Shown piece by piece: positions 22,435 to 36,807 of a DNA stretch of 64,000 bases (positions are counted from its first letter, which is position 1; the number at the start of each line of letters is the position of its first letter). The stretch lies in the NCBI GenBank assembly GCA_013239625.1, contig MU056050.1:2714084-2778083 (forward strand), given 5' to 3'. The stretch comes from Lama guanicoe (Eukaryota). The notes beneath the pieces are model-generated. The model had not been told where the DNA came from and searched no databases. It was given only the letters and a program-made list of their open reading frames with translations. The position numbers and the translations under genes were made by a program.

Positions 22435-25400
22435 TGTTGTTTAAAGTCAGGTTATTAAGGTATAATTTTCAAACAATAAAATTATCCTTTCTAAAGTACT
22501 GTTCAGTGGGTTTCAACAAATGTTTACTGTTGTGTCACTACCAACACAATCAAGATATAGAATATTTTCATTATAAACCTCCTAGAAGAAAACATAGGCA
22601 AAACATTTTCTGACATAAATCTTCGCAATATTCTCCTAGGGCAGTCTAACCAGGCAATAGAAATAAAAGCAAAAATAAACAAGTGAGACCTAATTAAACT
22701 TATAAGCTTTTGCACAGCAAAGGAAACCATAAGCAAGACAAATGACAACCTACAGAATGGGAGAAAATATTTGCAAATTATGCGATTGACAAAGATTTAA
22801 TTTCCAGAATACATAAACAGCTCATAAAACTTAATAACAACAACAAAAAACCAACCCAATCCAAAAATGGCAGAAGACCTAAATAAGCAGTTCTCCAATG
22901 AGGACATACAAATGGCCAATAGGCACATGAAAAAATGCTTAATATTGCTAATTATCAGATAAATGCAAATCAAAACTATAATGAGGTATCACCTTACACC
23001 AGTCAGAATGGCCATCATTCAAAAGTCCACAAACGATAATTGCTAGAGAGGACGTGGAGAAAAGGGAACCCTCCTACGCTACTGGTGGGAATGCAGTTTG
23101 GTGCAGCCATTATGGAAAACAGTATGATGAGTCCTCAAAAAACTAAAAATAGACCTACCATATGATCCAGCAATCCCACTCCTGAGCATATATCCAGAGG
23201 GAATGCTAATTCGAAAAGATACATGTGCTCCCAATGTTCATAGTAGCACTGTTTACAATAGCCAAGACATGGAAACAACCTAAGTGTCCATCAACAGAGG
23301 ATTGGATAAAGAAGTCTTGGTATATTTATATAATGGAATACTACTCAGCCATAAAAAAGAATAAAATAATGCCATTTTCAGCAACATGGATGGACCTGGA
23401 GATCACCACTCTAAGTGAAGTAAGCCAGAAAGAGAAAGAAAAATACCATATGATATCACTCTTACGTGGAATCTAAAAAAAGAAAAAAGAAGACATTCAT
23501 GAACTTATGTACAAAACAGAAACAGACTCACAGACATAGTAAACAATCTTATGGTTACTGGGGGAAAGGGATAAATTGGAAGTTTGAAATTTGCAAATAT
23601 TAACAAGTATATATAAAATAGATATACAACAATTTTCTTCTGTATAGCACAGGTAACTATATTCAATATCTTGTAGTAACCTATAATGAAAAAGAATATG
23701 AAAACAAATTTATGTATGTATATATATGACTGAAACATTATGCTGTATACCAGAAACTGACACAACATTGTAAACTGACTATACTTCAATAAAAAAAATA
23801 GGATATTTTCATTATGCCCCAAAAGTTCTCTGTGCTCCTTTGCAGTCAAACTCTTGCCCCTATACCCAACCTTTGGCAACCACTGATACTGATCTATTTT
23901 CTATTTCTGTAGTTTTACCTTTTCCAGAATGTTGTATAAATGGAATCATACAGTTTGTAGGCTTTTGGGTTTGAGTTATTTTATTTAGCATAGTGCTTAT
24001 GAGGTTCATGCATATTTTGGTTCATTCCTTTTTATTGCCAAGTAATATTCCACAGTATGACAGTACTATAATTTGTTTATACACTCATCAGTTGCTAGAT
24101 GTTTGGATTGTTTCCAGCACAGAGTGATAATTAATGAAAGCTGCTATGAGTATTTACATATAGGTTTTTACATGAACATATATCTTCATTTCTTTTAGGT
24201 AAACAACTAGAAATTGAATTGCTGGGTCATAGGGTAAGTGTGTACCTAACAACAGCAACAAAACCCTGCCAAACTGTTTCTAAAGTGGCTGTACCATTCT
24301 GAAATCCCACTAGCAATGCAAAGAAGTTCTAGTTGCTCTGCATCCTTGCTAATACTTGTACAATCTTTCTCATTTTAGTGATTCTAACAGATGTGTATTT
24401 TATCTCATTGTAGTTTGACTTTGCATTTTCCTAATGACTAATGATGTTGAGTGCCCTTTCATGGGCTCATTTGCCTCCTACGTCTCTTCTTTTGCCCAGT
24501 TTTTAATTGGGTTGTTTGTGTTCTTATGACTGAGTTTTGAGTTCTTTATATAGTCTGGGTACATGTCCCTTATCAGAGAAATTTTTTTGCAAATATTTCC
24601 TCTCAGTCTGTGGCTCACCTTTCATTTGCTAAGCCTACTTTCTGAAGAGCAGAAGTTTGTAATTTTGATTCAACTCGATGTATTAATTCTTTTCTTTTAT
24701 TGTTCATTCTTTCTTTGGTCATATCTAAGAAATCTTTGCCTAACTAGAAGTCACAAAAGGTGTTCTTTTTGAATATGTTTTATTTTAGAAGTTTTATAGT
24801 TTCAACTTTTATATTTATATCTTTGATTCATTTTGAATTAATTTTTGTTTATGACATGAGGTAAGAATCGAGGGGCATTTTTTTTTTGCACATAGATGTC
24901 AAATTGTCCTAGTGCCATTTGTTGAAAAGAATATATTTTCTCCATTGTATTATTTTTGCACTTTTGTCAAAAATCAACTGACTATATTTATGTGGGTCTA
25001 CTTGGAGGCTCTCTACTCTGTTCCATTGATATATATATATATCTATCCTTATGCCAATACCACACTGCCTTGTTCACTATAGACTCAGAGTAAGTCTTGA
25101 AATCAGAAAGTATAGATCCTCTAGCTTTGTTGCTTTAAAAAAGTGTTTTGGCTCTTTTATGCCCTCTGTTTTTCAACAGAAATTTTAGAATCAGCTTGTC
25201 AATCTCTACAAAGAAGCCTGCTGGGGTTTTAATTAAGATTGTGTTGAACCTACATTTGGAGAGAATTTACATCTTAATCTATCGAGTCTTCTGATTCATG
25301 AACATGGTATGACTCTCTATTTATTTTGGTCTTCTTTATGTCATCAATGTTTTATGGTTTTCAGCATATAAATCTTACATATATTTTGTTAGGTTTTTCT

Positions 25401-26110
25401 GTAAGTATTTCATTTTTGTTATGTTATTCTAAATTGTCCTACTTGTTAAATTTCAATTTCTAGTTGATATACATTGATTTTTGTATATTGACCTTGTGTC
25501 CTGTGACTTTGCTAAACTCATTTATTAGTTCTAGTAGCTTTTTGGTACACTCTTTGGGATTCTCTAGGTAGATGATCATGATGTCTGTGAATAAAAACAG
25601 CTTTATTTATTCCTTTTCAATCTTTTTGTTGTCTTTTATTTCTTTTTCCTAGTTTAATTGCCCTGACTAGAACCTCTAGTACAATACTGAATAGATGTGG
25701 CAAGAGCAGACATCCTTGTCTTGTTTCTAATCTTAGGGGGAATGCTTTCAGTCTTTCACCATTTAGCATAATGTTAAATGTGGGGTTTTCATAGATTCCT
25801 TTTATTAGGTTGAGAGTGTCCTCTTCTGTTCTGATTTCCTGAAATAATTTTGTCATGAATGGATCTGCATTTTGTCAGATGCATTTTTTGCATGAATTGA
25901 GATAATCATGTGGTTTTTATTCTTCATTTTCTTGATATGGTAAATTACACTGATTGGTTTTCAAATGTTTAACTAGTGTTGCATTTCTGGGATAAATCTT
26001 ACTTGGTCATTAGACATTATCCTTTTTATATATTGCTGAATTCGATTTGCTGATAATTTTTTGAGGATTTTTTTGGTCTGTGTTCAGGATATTAGTATTT
26101 GTCTAGCTTG
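22435..26110 (-). mobile_element. Older L1 (3'UTR to RT region), interrupted by a younger L1
   Basis: ORF 25617-25856 gives RT-like NIMLNGERLKAFPLRLETRQGCLLLPHLFSIVLEVL. The antisense 3'UTR lies at both sides of the insert. Confidence 0.88.
22575..23797 (+). mobile_element. Younger 5'-truncated L1 (ORF2 C-terminus, 3'UTR and A-tail)
   Basis: ORF 23225-23476 [21 protein letters not shown]...MEYYSAIKKN. TSD atag(a/g)atattttcattat at 22557-22574 and 23798-23815. Confidence 0.93.
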
Positions 26111-27769
26111 GTATTGATAGGGTTTTGAGTTGGAGTTATTTTTCAAATAGAGCGGCTGAATTTAGGGTTGGTCTGAGGTGACAGTGTTATGAGAAGACCA
26201 AGTTTCTCGGAGGCACTTTGCTTTCTTTTACTCAGCTGAGCCACAACTGCAGATGGTGCTAAACCCTCAGTAGTCACCCTGCTGCTCAGAGCCTTGGAAT
26301 TTTCTATCACCCTCCTCTGCTCCATTTCCAAATGAACAACACGATGCAGAGAACAACAGAGACCTACTCCCTATATGTACTAGTTACCTAATCAGGTATA
26401 TCAAACCTCAGGGGCCTAAGAGACCCGTAGTCATACCTCTGTTTATGCTTTGGGTCAACTTGGATGAGCTCCAGTGGCACCTGCATATGTGGTCACCAGG
26501 GTGCAAGGGATGCTGAGGGGAGACTGCATCTGGCTTGCGAATGGGAAGACTTTCAAATTGTCGCTTGTTCTTAGCAAGGGTTTGAGAGTTTTTTGTAGTA
26601 CCCTGAGTATTTAACAAGCATCCCAAATGCTGAGTAATGATTACAGCTGTACATAAAATAGAAAGATTAGAGTCTCAGTTGCCTGCTTAATATGTAAATG
26701 TATCCAGTTATGTGTGAGTGCTTTTAATGAAGTAACTTGCACTTCTGTTTCCTACATTGAGAGTGATTGATAGAAAAAACACTCTATAACCCTATCAGAA
26801 ATTAGCAGCCAGCAGGCTCTTTGAAAGGGCTCTGTGGTACTGCTGCCTGGCCTGGGGCTAGGAGGCAGTAGGACTGGGTTTTAGCTCTGGCTTTACAGTT
26901 GATTTTCTACTTCTCCAGGCAACAGGAAGCAGGCTTCCTTATCCCCAACTGAGCTCAGAGAATTGTTAATGATGGATTGTGAAATAACTTCATGCATTTA
27001 TTTTGGATTGGTTCTCATTCCAACGTATGGGAATGGATAATAGAAATAGTAGCTACCAGGCACTGTGCTAAGTGCACTGCTTATATTGTTTCGTTCAATT
27101 ATCACACCCATCTTGGAAGAGAGGAATTAATATAACCCTGTTTTACAGGGAGAAAAACTGAGGTAGAAGTTAAGTCCTTTGCCTAACCTCACCTTGTAAG
27201 TTAATAGCTAGGCTGGGATTCAAACTCAGATTTCCATTGCTACACCTCACTGTCTCCCACTGCTGAGGATGGTGACATCTGTTTGTCTGAATTCGCTCAC
27301 ATAACTGTAACAGAAGGCGTCTGGAGAGACCAGGAGCAAGTTGCAGACAGTGACTAGGGCTGGGCAATTCCTTCTGCACCCTACTGCACACACGCTGCTC
27401 CGGGTCTTTCACAAGAAAGGCCACGATTTGAATTGTATCTCTTCTGAAGTCTGGCTGAATTCCAACTGCAAAGGAGGGTCTTTCTCTCTCTTCAGAGGCC
27501 TCTCAGTGGCTGTGAGAATGTTGCTCTACTGAGTGTCTCTAATTGGAAAAAAATTATGTATAGAACTTATTACGCACCAGACACTTCTCTAATTCCTTTA
27601 TACATATTAATTCACATAATCCTCAGAACGGTCCTGTGAGAATCCTTATTACTCCCATTTAAGAGATGAATAAACTGAGGCACAGGGATATTAAATACTT
27701 TGCTAAAGTCTCTCAGCTAATAAGAGGCAGATCTGGGATTTGAATGCAGAGAGTATGGTAAGTCTAAAC

Positions 27770-27981
27770 CTGTGCTGGTCCATATGGTGGCCACTAGCCA
27801 CACGTGGCTATTGAAGTTGAACTTTAAATGAATTAAAATTCGATAAAATTTAAACTTCAGTTTCTCAGTCATACCAGCACATCTCAAGTGTTCAATAGCC
27901 ACATGTGGCTAGTGGCTACCACACTGGATAATGTATTTATAACACATTTCCATCATTACAGAGAGTTACATTGTCTAGCAC
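27770..27981. mobile_element. MER3-like hAT-Charlie MITE nested in a MIR (27565-28000)
   Basis: Internal inverted repeat gccactagccacacgtggctattga / tcaatagccacatgtggctagtggc. Confidence 0.85.
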
Positions 27982-29265
27982 TCAGAGTCTGTGCTTATAA
28001 AAGGTTAAAAGGCATTTAATGGTATGGTCCTCTTAGAGAACAATCTGAGTACAGCTCCCTGTGTTCCTGGATTGTTCTCCCCTTAATTCTCTCTCCAATT
28101 TTCTGTCCCATTCCCCCGTTTTTTTTGTTTTTTGTTTTTTGTTTTTCTTTTTAGCTTGATTGGTGAATAGGAGAGCGTTTTCAGCCTTTTTAAAAACTCA
28201 AATCTAAGCCTCATCTGCTAACTCACCCTCCCCTTTCCCCCTTCAACCCCACCCCATCCAGCCCCACCTGACCTCAGACCCATACTGATGCTTTGATGTT
28301 TGAAAAAGCCACTGACTCTGCTCAGGACTTTGTGTTAAGCCTGCAGACCCCTTCTGGAAATCTCAAGTCATGGCAAGGAAAGGAAAGATGCCAAGAGGTG
28401 TTGGCTGTTTGCCTCTTGCTGCTTCTGTCTCCAGACTTTTGGCTTTTATCAAGTTACTCTGATGTGTTGCCTACAGGAGGACAAAAAAATAAAGGAGCTT
28501 CTAAATAAGAGTCATAGAATATAAGTCTGCAGCAGCTCTCCCCCTTTATAGGCATTATCACAAATTTCCCCATGGCTGGGGCCAGCAGCCCAGTGGTTGA
28601 CAGTGATTACCAAAGGAGATTTTTGTGGGTTTTCAGGGGCCTAACAAAGTAGGGTCTTCCTCACTAGCAGGTGGCTATCTATAGGGAAACTGACAAATTT
28701 CTGTGCCCCTCCACCCATAAAATAAACCTCCCTCTGGACCTTGGAGGAAGTCTGCGATGCTTCCTTCCCTTCAAAGTGAGAGTGTGCTGTTTACTTGTTG
28801 GCCAACATATCACATCAACGTCAGTGGGGCAGAGTGTGGCCTGTTCTCCCTCCAGGGCCCCAAGATGAGGGTGGGGATGTTTTGATGGGTGGGGAGTAGT
28901 TTGCTGAAAAGTTGCAAATATGCTAGACACATTTCAGTTACTTCTTAAGCTTGTGGTCTTGCCTGTCAGTTCAAATTCAGTAGGAAGGAAGGTTTGCAAG
29001 GACTCTTCATCAGCACAATGCCTCTCATAAATGGATGTTTCTCAGGGCGTGCCAGGACCAGGACTTCAAAAATGATAATGACAAGCTTTCCAAAAGAATG
29101 GGGGAGGCCTCTGAATGGTTGTTTGTGGGTAGGTCTTGGCATCTGTGATCGACACAGCAGGTGCATTGCTGCCATATTGACAGGAGGTGGGGGAGGGTGA
29201 TGGCAGAGGCTATTTATCCCACCAAGCACCCAGCCCCTGGGTGAGAGGTGACTTGGAGAGCCTAT

Positions 29266-29724
29266 TGTAATCCAGCAGGACCAGGTGGGGCCTTCCCGGG
29301 ACAGACCCCTCCCCCATGTCCTCTGCTTTATTTCCTCCCTTTAGTACCCAGATAACAGTATCTGAGTTGTTTTACATATGCTAAAACCCCCACCAAATGC
29401 AAGAAGTTAACTACTTGATGGCCAGGAGCACATAGCCCCCAGACATACTGGAGTCTGAGGATTGATAACGTTAACCCCTGTGACACTGCCCTGTTACCTC
29501 ATCATCAACCAATCAGAGAACTGTGCACGAGCTGATCACATTACCCTGCGACTCCCCTCCTTAACCTGGCCTTTAAAAATGCTTTCCTGATACCCATCAG
29601 GGAGTTTGGGTTTTTAGAACATTAGCTACCCTGGATTCCTTATCTGGTGCCTTACAATAAACGCTGCACTTTATTTCACCACAACTCAGTGGTGGCAAGC
29701 AGATCCAAGTTTGGTTTAGTAACA
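29266..29724 (+). mobile_element. Solo ERV1-type LTR (459 bp)
   Basis: TG...CA ends (tgtaatcc...agtaaca), CCAAT, TATA-like tttaaaaa, AATAAA at ~29656, and 4-bp TSD ctat/ttat. Confidence 0.75.
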
Positions 29725-29814
29725 TTATGTCTGAGTTAGTGTTGTCCCCTCTCCTTGTTCCTATTCCTGGAAGCAACCTCTTGCTCTCATGTCTGTTGTT
29801 ATAAAGCCTCTTCA

Positions 29815-30540
29815 AGGCAACAAACAAGAACTGTTGGCAAAGATGTGGAGAAAACAGAACCATCGAGCACTATTGGTAAGAATGTAAATGGATGCAGCTA
29901 CTATGTAAAACAGTATGTAGTTTCCTTAAAAAACTAAAAATAGAACTACCATATGATCCAGCAATTCCACTGTTGGGTATTTATCTGAAGAACACAAAAA
30001 CACTAATTCAAAAAGATATATACACCCTCCATGTTCATCACGGCATAATTTACAATCACCAAGATACAGAAGCAACTTAAGTGCTCATTAGCAGATGAAT
30101 GAATAAAAAAGATATGGTGTGTATGGGTATATACACACACACACATATATACACAATGGAATATTACTCAGCCATAAAAAAGAATGAAATCTTGCCATTT
30201 GCAGCAACATGGATGAACCTAGAGATTATCATACTAAGTGACGTAAGTCAGAAAGAGAAAGACAAATGCTGTATGGTTTCACTCATATGTGGAATATAAG
30301 AAAAATCAAACAAGATACAAACAAAGGCAGAGATACAGAGAACAGAGCAGTGGTTACCAGAGGTGGGTGGGTGGGGTGGGGAGGGCAAAATGGGTAAAGG
30401 GGATCAACTGTATTGTGACAGACAGAAACTAAATTTTTGGTGGTGAGCATGTTGTAGGGTGTACAGAAATAGAAAAATAATGTACACATGAAACTTATGT
30501 GATGTTACCTCAATAAAAAATAAATCTAAAAAAAAAAAAA
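29815..30540 (+). mobile_element. 5'-truncated L1 3' end
   Basis: Translates [20 protein letters not shown] and MEYYSAIKKNEILPFAATWMNLE; A-tail to 30540. Confidence 0.9.
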
Positions 30541-30744
30541 GCTTTCAAAATGCCTTGCAGGGCCCATCCAAATAGTAACAACAAGCCCTCATGCCTGGAT
30601 GGATGGCTGCAGTTTATAGAGCCTTTTCAAGCCTTCGTTCTGTTTTTATTCTCACCTGTCGTCTAGGAAGTAGGGAGGATGGCAGTCTCATCTCCATTTT
30701 AATAGTGAGGAGATGGAGGCTAAGAGAGGCCTTGAGGTTTCTTT

Positions 30745-33700
30745 TTTTAAAAATTTTTTTATTAAAGTGTAGTTGATTTACAATGTTAGTTTCAGGTGTA
30801 GAGCAAAGTGATTCAGTTATACATATACATACATATATTTTTTCTTTTCAGATTCTTTTCTATTATATGTTATTACAAGAAACTGAATATAGTTCCCTGT
30901 GCTATACAGTAGGTCCTTGTTGTTTATCTATTTTATATATATTAGTGTGTATCTGTTAATCCAAAACTACTCATCTATCCTTCCCTGCCCTTTCCCCTTT
31001 GGTAACCATAGTTTGTTTTCTATGTCTGTGAGTCTGTTTTTGGTTTGTAAATAGAATTTGTATAATTTTTTTTTAGATTCCACATATAAGTAATATCATA
31101 TAATATTTGTCTTTCTCTACCTGACTTACTTCACTCAATATAATAATCTCTAGGTCCATCCATGTTACTGCAAATGGCATTATTTCATTCTTTTTAATGG
31201 CTGAATAATATTCCATTGTAGATATATACTACATCTTCTTTATCTAGTCATCTGTTAATGGACATTTAGGTTGCTTCCATGTCTTGGTTATTGTAAATAG
31301 TACTGCTATTAACATTGGGGTGCATGTGTCTTTTTGAATTATAGTTTTCTCCAGATATATGCCCAGGAGTGGGATTGCTGGATCATATGGTAAGTCTATT
31401 TTTCAGTTTTTTAAGGATCCTCCATAGTGTCCTCCATAGTGGCTGCACCAATTTACATTCTCAATAACAGTGTAGGAGGGTTCTTTTTTCTCCACAGTCT
31501 CTCTAGCATTTATTACTTGTAGACTTTTAAATGATGGCCATTCTGGCTGGTATGAGGTGATAACTCATTTTAGTTTTGATTAGCATTTCTCTAATAATTA
31601 GTGATATTGAGTATCTTTTCATGTGCCTCTTGGCCATCTGTATGTCTTCTTTGGAGAAATGTCTATTTAGATCTTCTGCCCATTTTTTGGTTGGGTATTT
31701 TTTTCTTTTTTTTTTTTTGATATTGAGCTGTATGATCTGTTTGTATATTTTGGAAATTAGTACCTTGTTGGTCATATCATTTGCAAATATTTTGTCCCAT
31801 TCTGTAGGTTGTCTTTTCATTTTGTTTATGGTTTCCTTTGCTGTGCAAAAGCTTTTAAGTTGAATTAGGTCCCATTTGTTTATTTTTGCTTTTATTTCCA
31901 TTTCTCTAGGAGCTGGTTTGAAAAAAATATTGCTGAAATTTATGTCAAAGAGTGTTCTGCCTATGTTTTCCTCTAGGAGTTTTATAGTATTCAGTCTTAC
32001 ATTTAGGTCTTTAATCCATTTTGAGTTTATTTTTGTATACAGTGTGAAAGATTGTTCTAATTTCATTCTTTTACATATAGCTGTCCAGTTTTCCCAGCAC
32101 CACTTATTGAAGAGACTGTCTTTTCTCCATTGTATATTCTTGCCTCCTTTGTTGTAGATTAATTCACTGTAAGTGCATGGGCTTATTTCTGGGCTTTCTA
32201 TCCTGTTTCATTGATCTATGTGTCTGTTTTTGTGCCAGTATCATACTGTTTTGGTTACTGTAGCTTTGCAGTATAGTCTGAAGTCAGGGCACATGATTCC
32301 TCCAGCTCCATTCCTCTTTCTCAAGACTGTTTTGGCTATTCGGGGTCTTTTGTGTTTCCATAGAAATTAAAAAAAATTTTGTTCCTGTTATGTGAAAATT
32401 GTCATTGGCAATTTGATAGTGATTGCATTGAATCTGTATACTGCCTTTGGTAGTATGCCCATTTTAACAATATTGATTCTTCCAATCCAAGAACATGGTA
32501 TATCTTTCCATCTGTTTCTGTCATCTTCAATTTGTTTCATCAGTGTCATAGTTTTTGGACTACAGGTCCTTTGCCTCCTTAGGTAGGTTTATTCCTAGGT
32601 ATTTTATTCTTTATGAGGTGATGGTAAATGGGATTGTTTCCTTAATTTCTTTTTCTGCTATTTCATTGTTAGTGTATAGAAATGCAGTGATTTCTGTATA
32701 TTAATTTTATATCCTGCAACTTTACTGAATTCATCGATGAACTCTAGCAGTTTTCTGGTAGCGTCTTGGGGATTGTCTATGTATAGTATCATGTCATCTG
32801 CAAACAGTGACAGTTTTACTTCTTCCTTTGCAATATGGATTTTTAAAATGTCTTTTCCTTGTCTGATTGTTGTGTCTAGGACTTCCAAAACTATGTTGAA
32901 TGAAAGTGGTGAGAGTGGACATCTTTGTCTTGTTCCTGATCTTAGAGGAAATGCTTTCAGCTTTTCACTATTGAGAATAATGTTAGCTGTGGGTTTGTCA
33001 TATATGGAAGTATATTCCCTCTACTCCCACTTTCTGAAGAGTTTTTATCATAAATGTTGAGCTTTATAAAAAGCTTTTTCTATGTCTATTGAGATGATCA
33101 TATGGTTTTTATTCTTTAATTTGTTAATGTGTTGTATTACATTGGTTGATTTGCAGATATTGAAAAATCCTTGCATCCCTGGGATAAATCCCACTTATTG
33201 TAGTGTATGATCTTTTAAATGTATTGTTGGAGTCAATTTGCTAGTATTTTGTTGAGGGTTTTTGCATCTATATTCATAAGTGATGTTGGCCTGTAATTTT
33301 CTTTTTTTGTGATATTTTTGTCTGGTTTTGGTATCAGGGTGATTGTGGCCTCATAAAATGAATTCAGAAGTGTTCCTTCCTGTGCAGTTTCTTGGAATAG
33401 TTTCAGAAGGCTAGGCGTTAACTCTTCTCTAAATGTTTCATAGAATTCCCCTGTGCTAAGCCATCTGGTTCTGGACCTTTGGTTTGTTGGGAGTTTTCAA
33501 ATTACTGATTCAATTGCAGTGCTGGTAATTGGTCTGTTCATAGTTTCAATTTCTTCCTGATTCAGAATGATTTCCTAACTTTACTGTATGTTTGCTTTTA
33601 CCAGTGAGATTTTCTGTTCTGTAATTTTCTTGTTTCTAGTTGTGGCCTTTTCTTTTCCACCTAGAGAAGTTCCTTTAGCATTTGTTATAAAGTTGGCTTG

Positions 33701-35683
33701 GTGGTGCTGAATTCTTTTAGCTTTTGCTTGTCTATGAAGCTTTTGATTTCTCCATCAAATCTGAACGAGAGCCTTGCTAGATAGAGTTTTCTTGGTTATA
33801 GGTTTTTCCCTTTCATCATTTAAAATATATCATGCCACTCCTTTCTGGCCTGCAGAGTTTCTGCTGAAAAATCAGTTGATAGTCCTATGGGAGTTCCTTT
33901 GTATGTTGTTTATTATTTTTCCCTTGATGAATATAGAATATTCTCTCTTAATCTTTAATTTTTGACACCTTAATTATAATATGTCTTGGTGTGCTCTTCT
34001 TTGGGTTAATCCTGTATGAGACTCTCTGCACTTCCTGGACTTGGGTGACTATTTCCTTTTCCAGATTAGGAAAGTTTTCAGCTATTATCTCTTCAAATAT
34101 TTTCTCAGGTTCTTTCTTCTCTTTCTGGGAACCCTATAATGCAAATATTAGTGTACTTTATGTTGTCCCAGAGGTCTCTTAAACTATTCTCATTTCTTTT
34201 CATTCCTTTTTTTTCTTTTTTCTGTTCTGCAGTAGTGATTTCCACTACTCTGTCTTCTAGTTCATTAATTTGTTCTTCTGCCTCATTCAGTCTATTCTTG
34301 GTTCCTTCTAGTATATTATTCATTCCAGCAATTGTATTATTCAACTATGTTTGGGTGTTCCTTATATGTTCTTTGTATTTTCTAACTCTTTGCTAAAAAC
34401 TTTGCTCTGTGTATCTATAATCCTCCCAAGTTCTCTAATCATCTTCACAATCATTACTCTGAACTCTTTCTCCAGTAAATTGCCTATCTCCTCATCACTT
34501 ATTTCTTCTTCTGAGATTTTATCTTGTGCCTTTGCCTGGAACATATTCCTCTGCTGCCTCATTTTGTCTAAATTTCTATTTGTATTATTATGTAGGTTAG
34601 TTATGTTTCTCAGCCTTGGATAAGTGGCCTTCTGTAGGAGACATCCTATGTGTCCCAGCAGTGTACTCCTCTTTTATTACCCAGGGCCTGTGGCCAGCTA
34701 GTCCCAGGGTAGATTCTGGCCTGTGTTTACAGACTTGTCTTGCAGGTTGTGCGATCAAAGTTTTCTAGCTTCTGATTTCTTCCCTGTGTTGGGTGAAGCT
34801 GGTCTAGAAGCTGGTGCAGGCTTCCTGGTGGGAGGGGCTGGTTCCTGCCCATTGGTGGGTGGAGCTGGGTCTTGGCCTTCTGGTGGGGAGAACTGTGTCT
34901 AGGGGCATGTCTAGAGGCAGCTATAGGGTCAGCCTTAGGCAGGGTCTGCTGATGGGTGGAGATATGTCCCCACCTAGTTAGTTGTTTGGCTTGGGGCATC
35001 TGAGCTCCAGAGCCAAAAGGCTGCTGGGTGGGGCCAGGTCTAATGTCCAAGCAAGATGTCAGCCTCCCAGAAGGAGAGTTCATTCAGATGAACACTCCCA
35101 AATGTCCACCACTGTGTCCATGCCCCCAAGGTGAGCCACAGTTGCCCGATGCCTCCCCAGGAGACCCCCAAGCCCAGCAGGTAAGTCTGGCTTAGGTTCC
35201 CATGAAATTACTGCTTTTGTCATTGGTCTCAGCAAGTGTGAGATTTTCTGTGCAACCCTTAAGCATACAGTCTCTGATTCCCCCAGTCCCATGGAGCTCC
35301 TATAATTAAGCCCTGCTGGCCTTCAAAGACCAACCCTTTGGGGACTCCTCTTCCCGGTGCCAGACCACCAAACTAGAGAGCCTGATATGGGACTCAAAAC
35401 TCTTACTCCTGTGGGAGAACCCCTACAATATAATTATTCTCCAGTTCGTGGGTCACCTACCCAGGGGGTATGGGACATGATTATATCATGAGTCTGTCCC
35501 TACTACCAGTCATACTCTGGTTTCTTCTTTACGTTTTTAGCTGCAGATTATCCTTTCTGGTAGTTTCCAGTCTTTTTTAAAAAAATCACTAGTTGTTCTG
35601 CAGTTAGTCATGGTCTTGGTATGTCTGTAGGAAGATTTGAGCTCCAGCTGCTTCTACTCTGCCGTCTTGAAAGGAAGTCCAAG
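30745..35683 (-). mobile_element. L1 with 5'UTR, decayed ORF1, 3' two-thirds of ORF2 and 3'UTR; internally deleted
   Basis: ORF1 fragments at 34362-34562 and 34105-34344 (coiled coil, NSLRDLWDNIKYTNICIIG); ORF2 fragments at 32658-32888 (LFADDM) and 31527-32066; TSD gaggtttcttt at 30734-30744 and 35684-35694. Confidence 0.93.
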
Positions 35684-36807
35684 GAGGTTTCTTTGCAAGG
35701 TAGTTTTTGAGAGGTACCTGACTGGAATCTCACATATCTGCCTATCTTTCTGCTTTTCAAAGGTTCAAGTAGCCTATCCTGCTGTCTCCTTTGCTTTTGG
35801 GAGAAGGTATAGAAGCTTGATTGCTGGGAAGGGGAGGCACCACAGCTGGCATAATTTGCTCCTTCATGGGGTTGAGGTGATTAGAGGGGTTGACAGCACT
35901 AGTAGCTTCTGTGGGCTCTCATCTCCCTCACTTTTGTTCTTTAGCTCCCCTCTTCTGAGTCCAGTCTCTCTCTCTTCTCTGGAGTGAGAAAGCCCCTCCG
36001 GCATGTTGCTCCCCACTGGCCAAGGTCCAGCGAGGACTGCATAGATATAGGAATCAACGGAATGTTCTGAACTGCCCTGTCTTCTAACTTCATGAGATAG
36101 ATATCTGGCATGTCTTGCTGATTGCTGATGCTTATGGGGATGAAGCCATCCTTTCAGGACCATGGAGTGCCTGAAATGGCAGGTTAACAAGTTTGGGATT
36201 TATCTTATAGTTGGAGGTTAGCCATGGAAGGGTCAGTGCGCTGGGGGTTAGAAGGAAACCCTGAAGAAAAGGTGTGCTCTAGGATGTTATTATAGAAAAA
36301 CAAGCAGGAAGCAGGACCAGCTCTACAGGGGTAAACAAGGTGAAGGAATCACCTCAGAGGTGTGATCCAAGGAAGACTTTGCCAATTAATCACAATAGTG
36401 GTTCCTCACCTTCCAGCAGGCGGTTACAAAAAGCTGGTCACAGCCCTCAAGTGTGCTGTAATTATCTGTTTACTTGTCTGCCTTCCCTGCTTTTCTATGT
36501 GTTTTGAGAGGAAAGGGGCCCAGTCTTATATCCCAGTTCCTAGCACAGGGCAAGACCTAGAGTAAATGCTCAGCAAATGCTTGTTTGAATGATGGCAATT
36601 TCATAAGTTTGCTCACAGAGACTGCCAATAAATTCCCATCAAGGACTGCCAATCCTTAGCAGAGTCTTCCCTGCTTATATATTAGGCACCTGGGTGGAGC
36701 CACTGAGGTCCTGTTTTATGGGCTAAAGGAGGCCTTGACTAACTAGAGAATAGTTGGCTAAATGGAGTCCTGGTGTTTGGTAGAGGTAGTTTTTTCCCTT
36801 AAGGGCC

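Noticed and set aside
27780..27920. Long hairpin suggesting a miRNA or structured RNA
   Set aside because: It is explained by the internal inverted repeats of a MER3-like MITE.
31527..34562. Active L1 ORF1/ORF2
   Set aside because: Both ORFs are broken by stops and frameshifts, and the endonuclease region is missing.
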